DNA from: a virus
DNA length: 64,000 nucleotides
IMG/VR virus record: IMGVR_UViG_3300020442_002364
Span: 1-64,000 of that record
Reading direction: 5' to 3' (one strand)
A model generated the notes under the pieces. That model worked only from the letters and a program-made list of their open reading frames with translations, was not told where the DNA came from and did no database searches. How positions within the stretch are numbered: position 1 is the stretch's first letter; each line of letters starts with the position of its first letter. The position numbers were made by a program, and so were the translations under genes. Shown one piece after another: positions 63,494-64,000 of this stretch.

Positions 63494-63778
63494 TCAGAGC
63501 TCACAGTGGTCATGTAGACACTTCCCTGACTGGCATAGGGTACGTTCCCTTTTGATCTGGTTCCAGGCAGCATTGAAGGTCTTTCTACTACCTATCTGCC
63601 GCCCATGGTGGATCATACACCATCCCTTTGCACTCTTACGTGATCTTGTTAGAAAGGGGAAAATTGCCCACATACCTTTGTCAATCAATACTGGTTGTGG
63701 TTCTAGATAATCATCAAGTAGACTTGGGTTGCTTTTGTTGTCGTTCTTCATGCGTATACCATGGATGTTTATATTCAC
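63494..63778 (-). CDS. Hypothetical protein (start probably MKNDNK)
   Basis: GMWAIFP...GW.MIHHG.Q....TF..A. Confidence 0.55.
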   Translation of the reverse strand: MNINIHGIRMKNDNKSNPSLLDDYLEPQPVLIDKGMWAIFPFLTRSRKSAKGWCMIHHGRQIGSRKTFNAAWNQIKRERTLCQSGKCLHDHCEL

Positions 63779-63962
63779 GTTTGTTGTGAATAGTCAACGT
63801 TGGATCAGTGCCCCAGTCGTTCATAGCACGAATGCCACCAAACGATAATTCTAGATCTTTACCCCATCCTAGTTCTTTGACAAACTCATTTGCGATGCTG
63901 ATCTGCAAATTCCCGCTGCCATCGTAGTGATAGCGGAAGTAATCTTGAATGTTTGGTTTCAT
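63714..63962 (-). CDS. Possible AbrB/MazE-like swapped-hairpin protein
   Basis: D.SG.L.I.I..E....LGW....L.L pattern. Confidence 0.4.
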   Translation of the reverse strand: MKPNIQDYFRYHYDGSGNLQISIANEFVKELGWGKDLELSFGGIRAMNDWGTDPTLTIHNKREYKHPWYTHEERQQKQPKST

Positions 63963-64000
63963 TTCTTCTTCGCTTTCTCTTGCTGTTGTTTACGGGCACG

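Larger units (their letters stand above)
57248..63537. repeat. Dispersed 24-bp dyad (core GnCA(G/C)TT-N4-AA(C/G)TGnC), 12 copies
   Basis: Copies at 57248, 57544, 57901, 58467, 59024, 59666, 59737, 60489, 62174, 62436, 62952, 63514; eleven lie 28-31 nt upstream of a minus-strand -10 hexamer. Confidence 0.85.

Noticed and set aside
57248-63537. Dyad repeats as a CRISPR array or integron attC sites
   Set aside because: Spacing is irregular and gene-sized, copies are degenerate, no GTTRRRY cores, no cas or integrase in the window
57248-63537. TGGCAC as a sigma54 -24 element, or the dyad as a CRP site
   Set aside because: No consistent TTGC at -12, cyanobacteria lack sigma54, and the spacing does not fit TGTGA-N6-TCACA
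58061-63710. Longer plus-strand ORFs (58061-58630, 61497-62150, 63294-63710 and others)
   Set aside because: They overlap well-supported minus-strand early genes that have their own promoters
1-64000. tRNA, rRNA, introns, inteins, homing endonucleases
   Set aside because: None recognised by eye; tRNAscan-SE/Infernal and intein HMMs would be needed to exclude them

Overview
64 kb from a T4-like cyanomyovirus (Kyanoviridae-type Synechococcus/Prochlorococcus phage); all credible genes are on the minus strand. In transcription order (right to left): (i) ~56.7-64 kb is an early-gene region of small ORFs with host sigma70-type -10 boxes, most preceded at fixed spacing by a 24-bp dyad that is often hidden inside the previous gene; (ii) ~53.7-56.7 kb holds an Sfp-type phosphopantetheinyl transferase, a DUF6445-like 2OG-Fe(II) protein, a PAAR spike and small conserved ORFs; (iii) 1-53.6 kb is the late structural block: gp25, gp6, a 3747-aa gp7, gp8, a VrlC/DUF4815-like protein, very large fibre proteins, lectin-like fibre tips interleaved with 2OG-Fe(II) oxygenases, an 1801-aa subtilase/cupredoxin/Ig protein, gp13 and gp14, with T4-type TATAAATA late promoters. 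The most striking observation is a set of nested helical repeats in gp7 and the 3190-aa fibre that resemble phycobiliprotein subunits, including a Cys at the bilin-attachment position. All calls are by eye; no searches were run.
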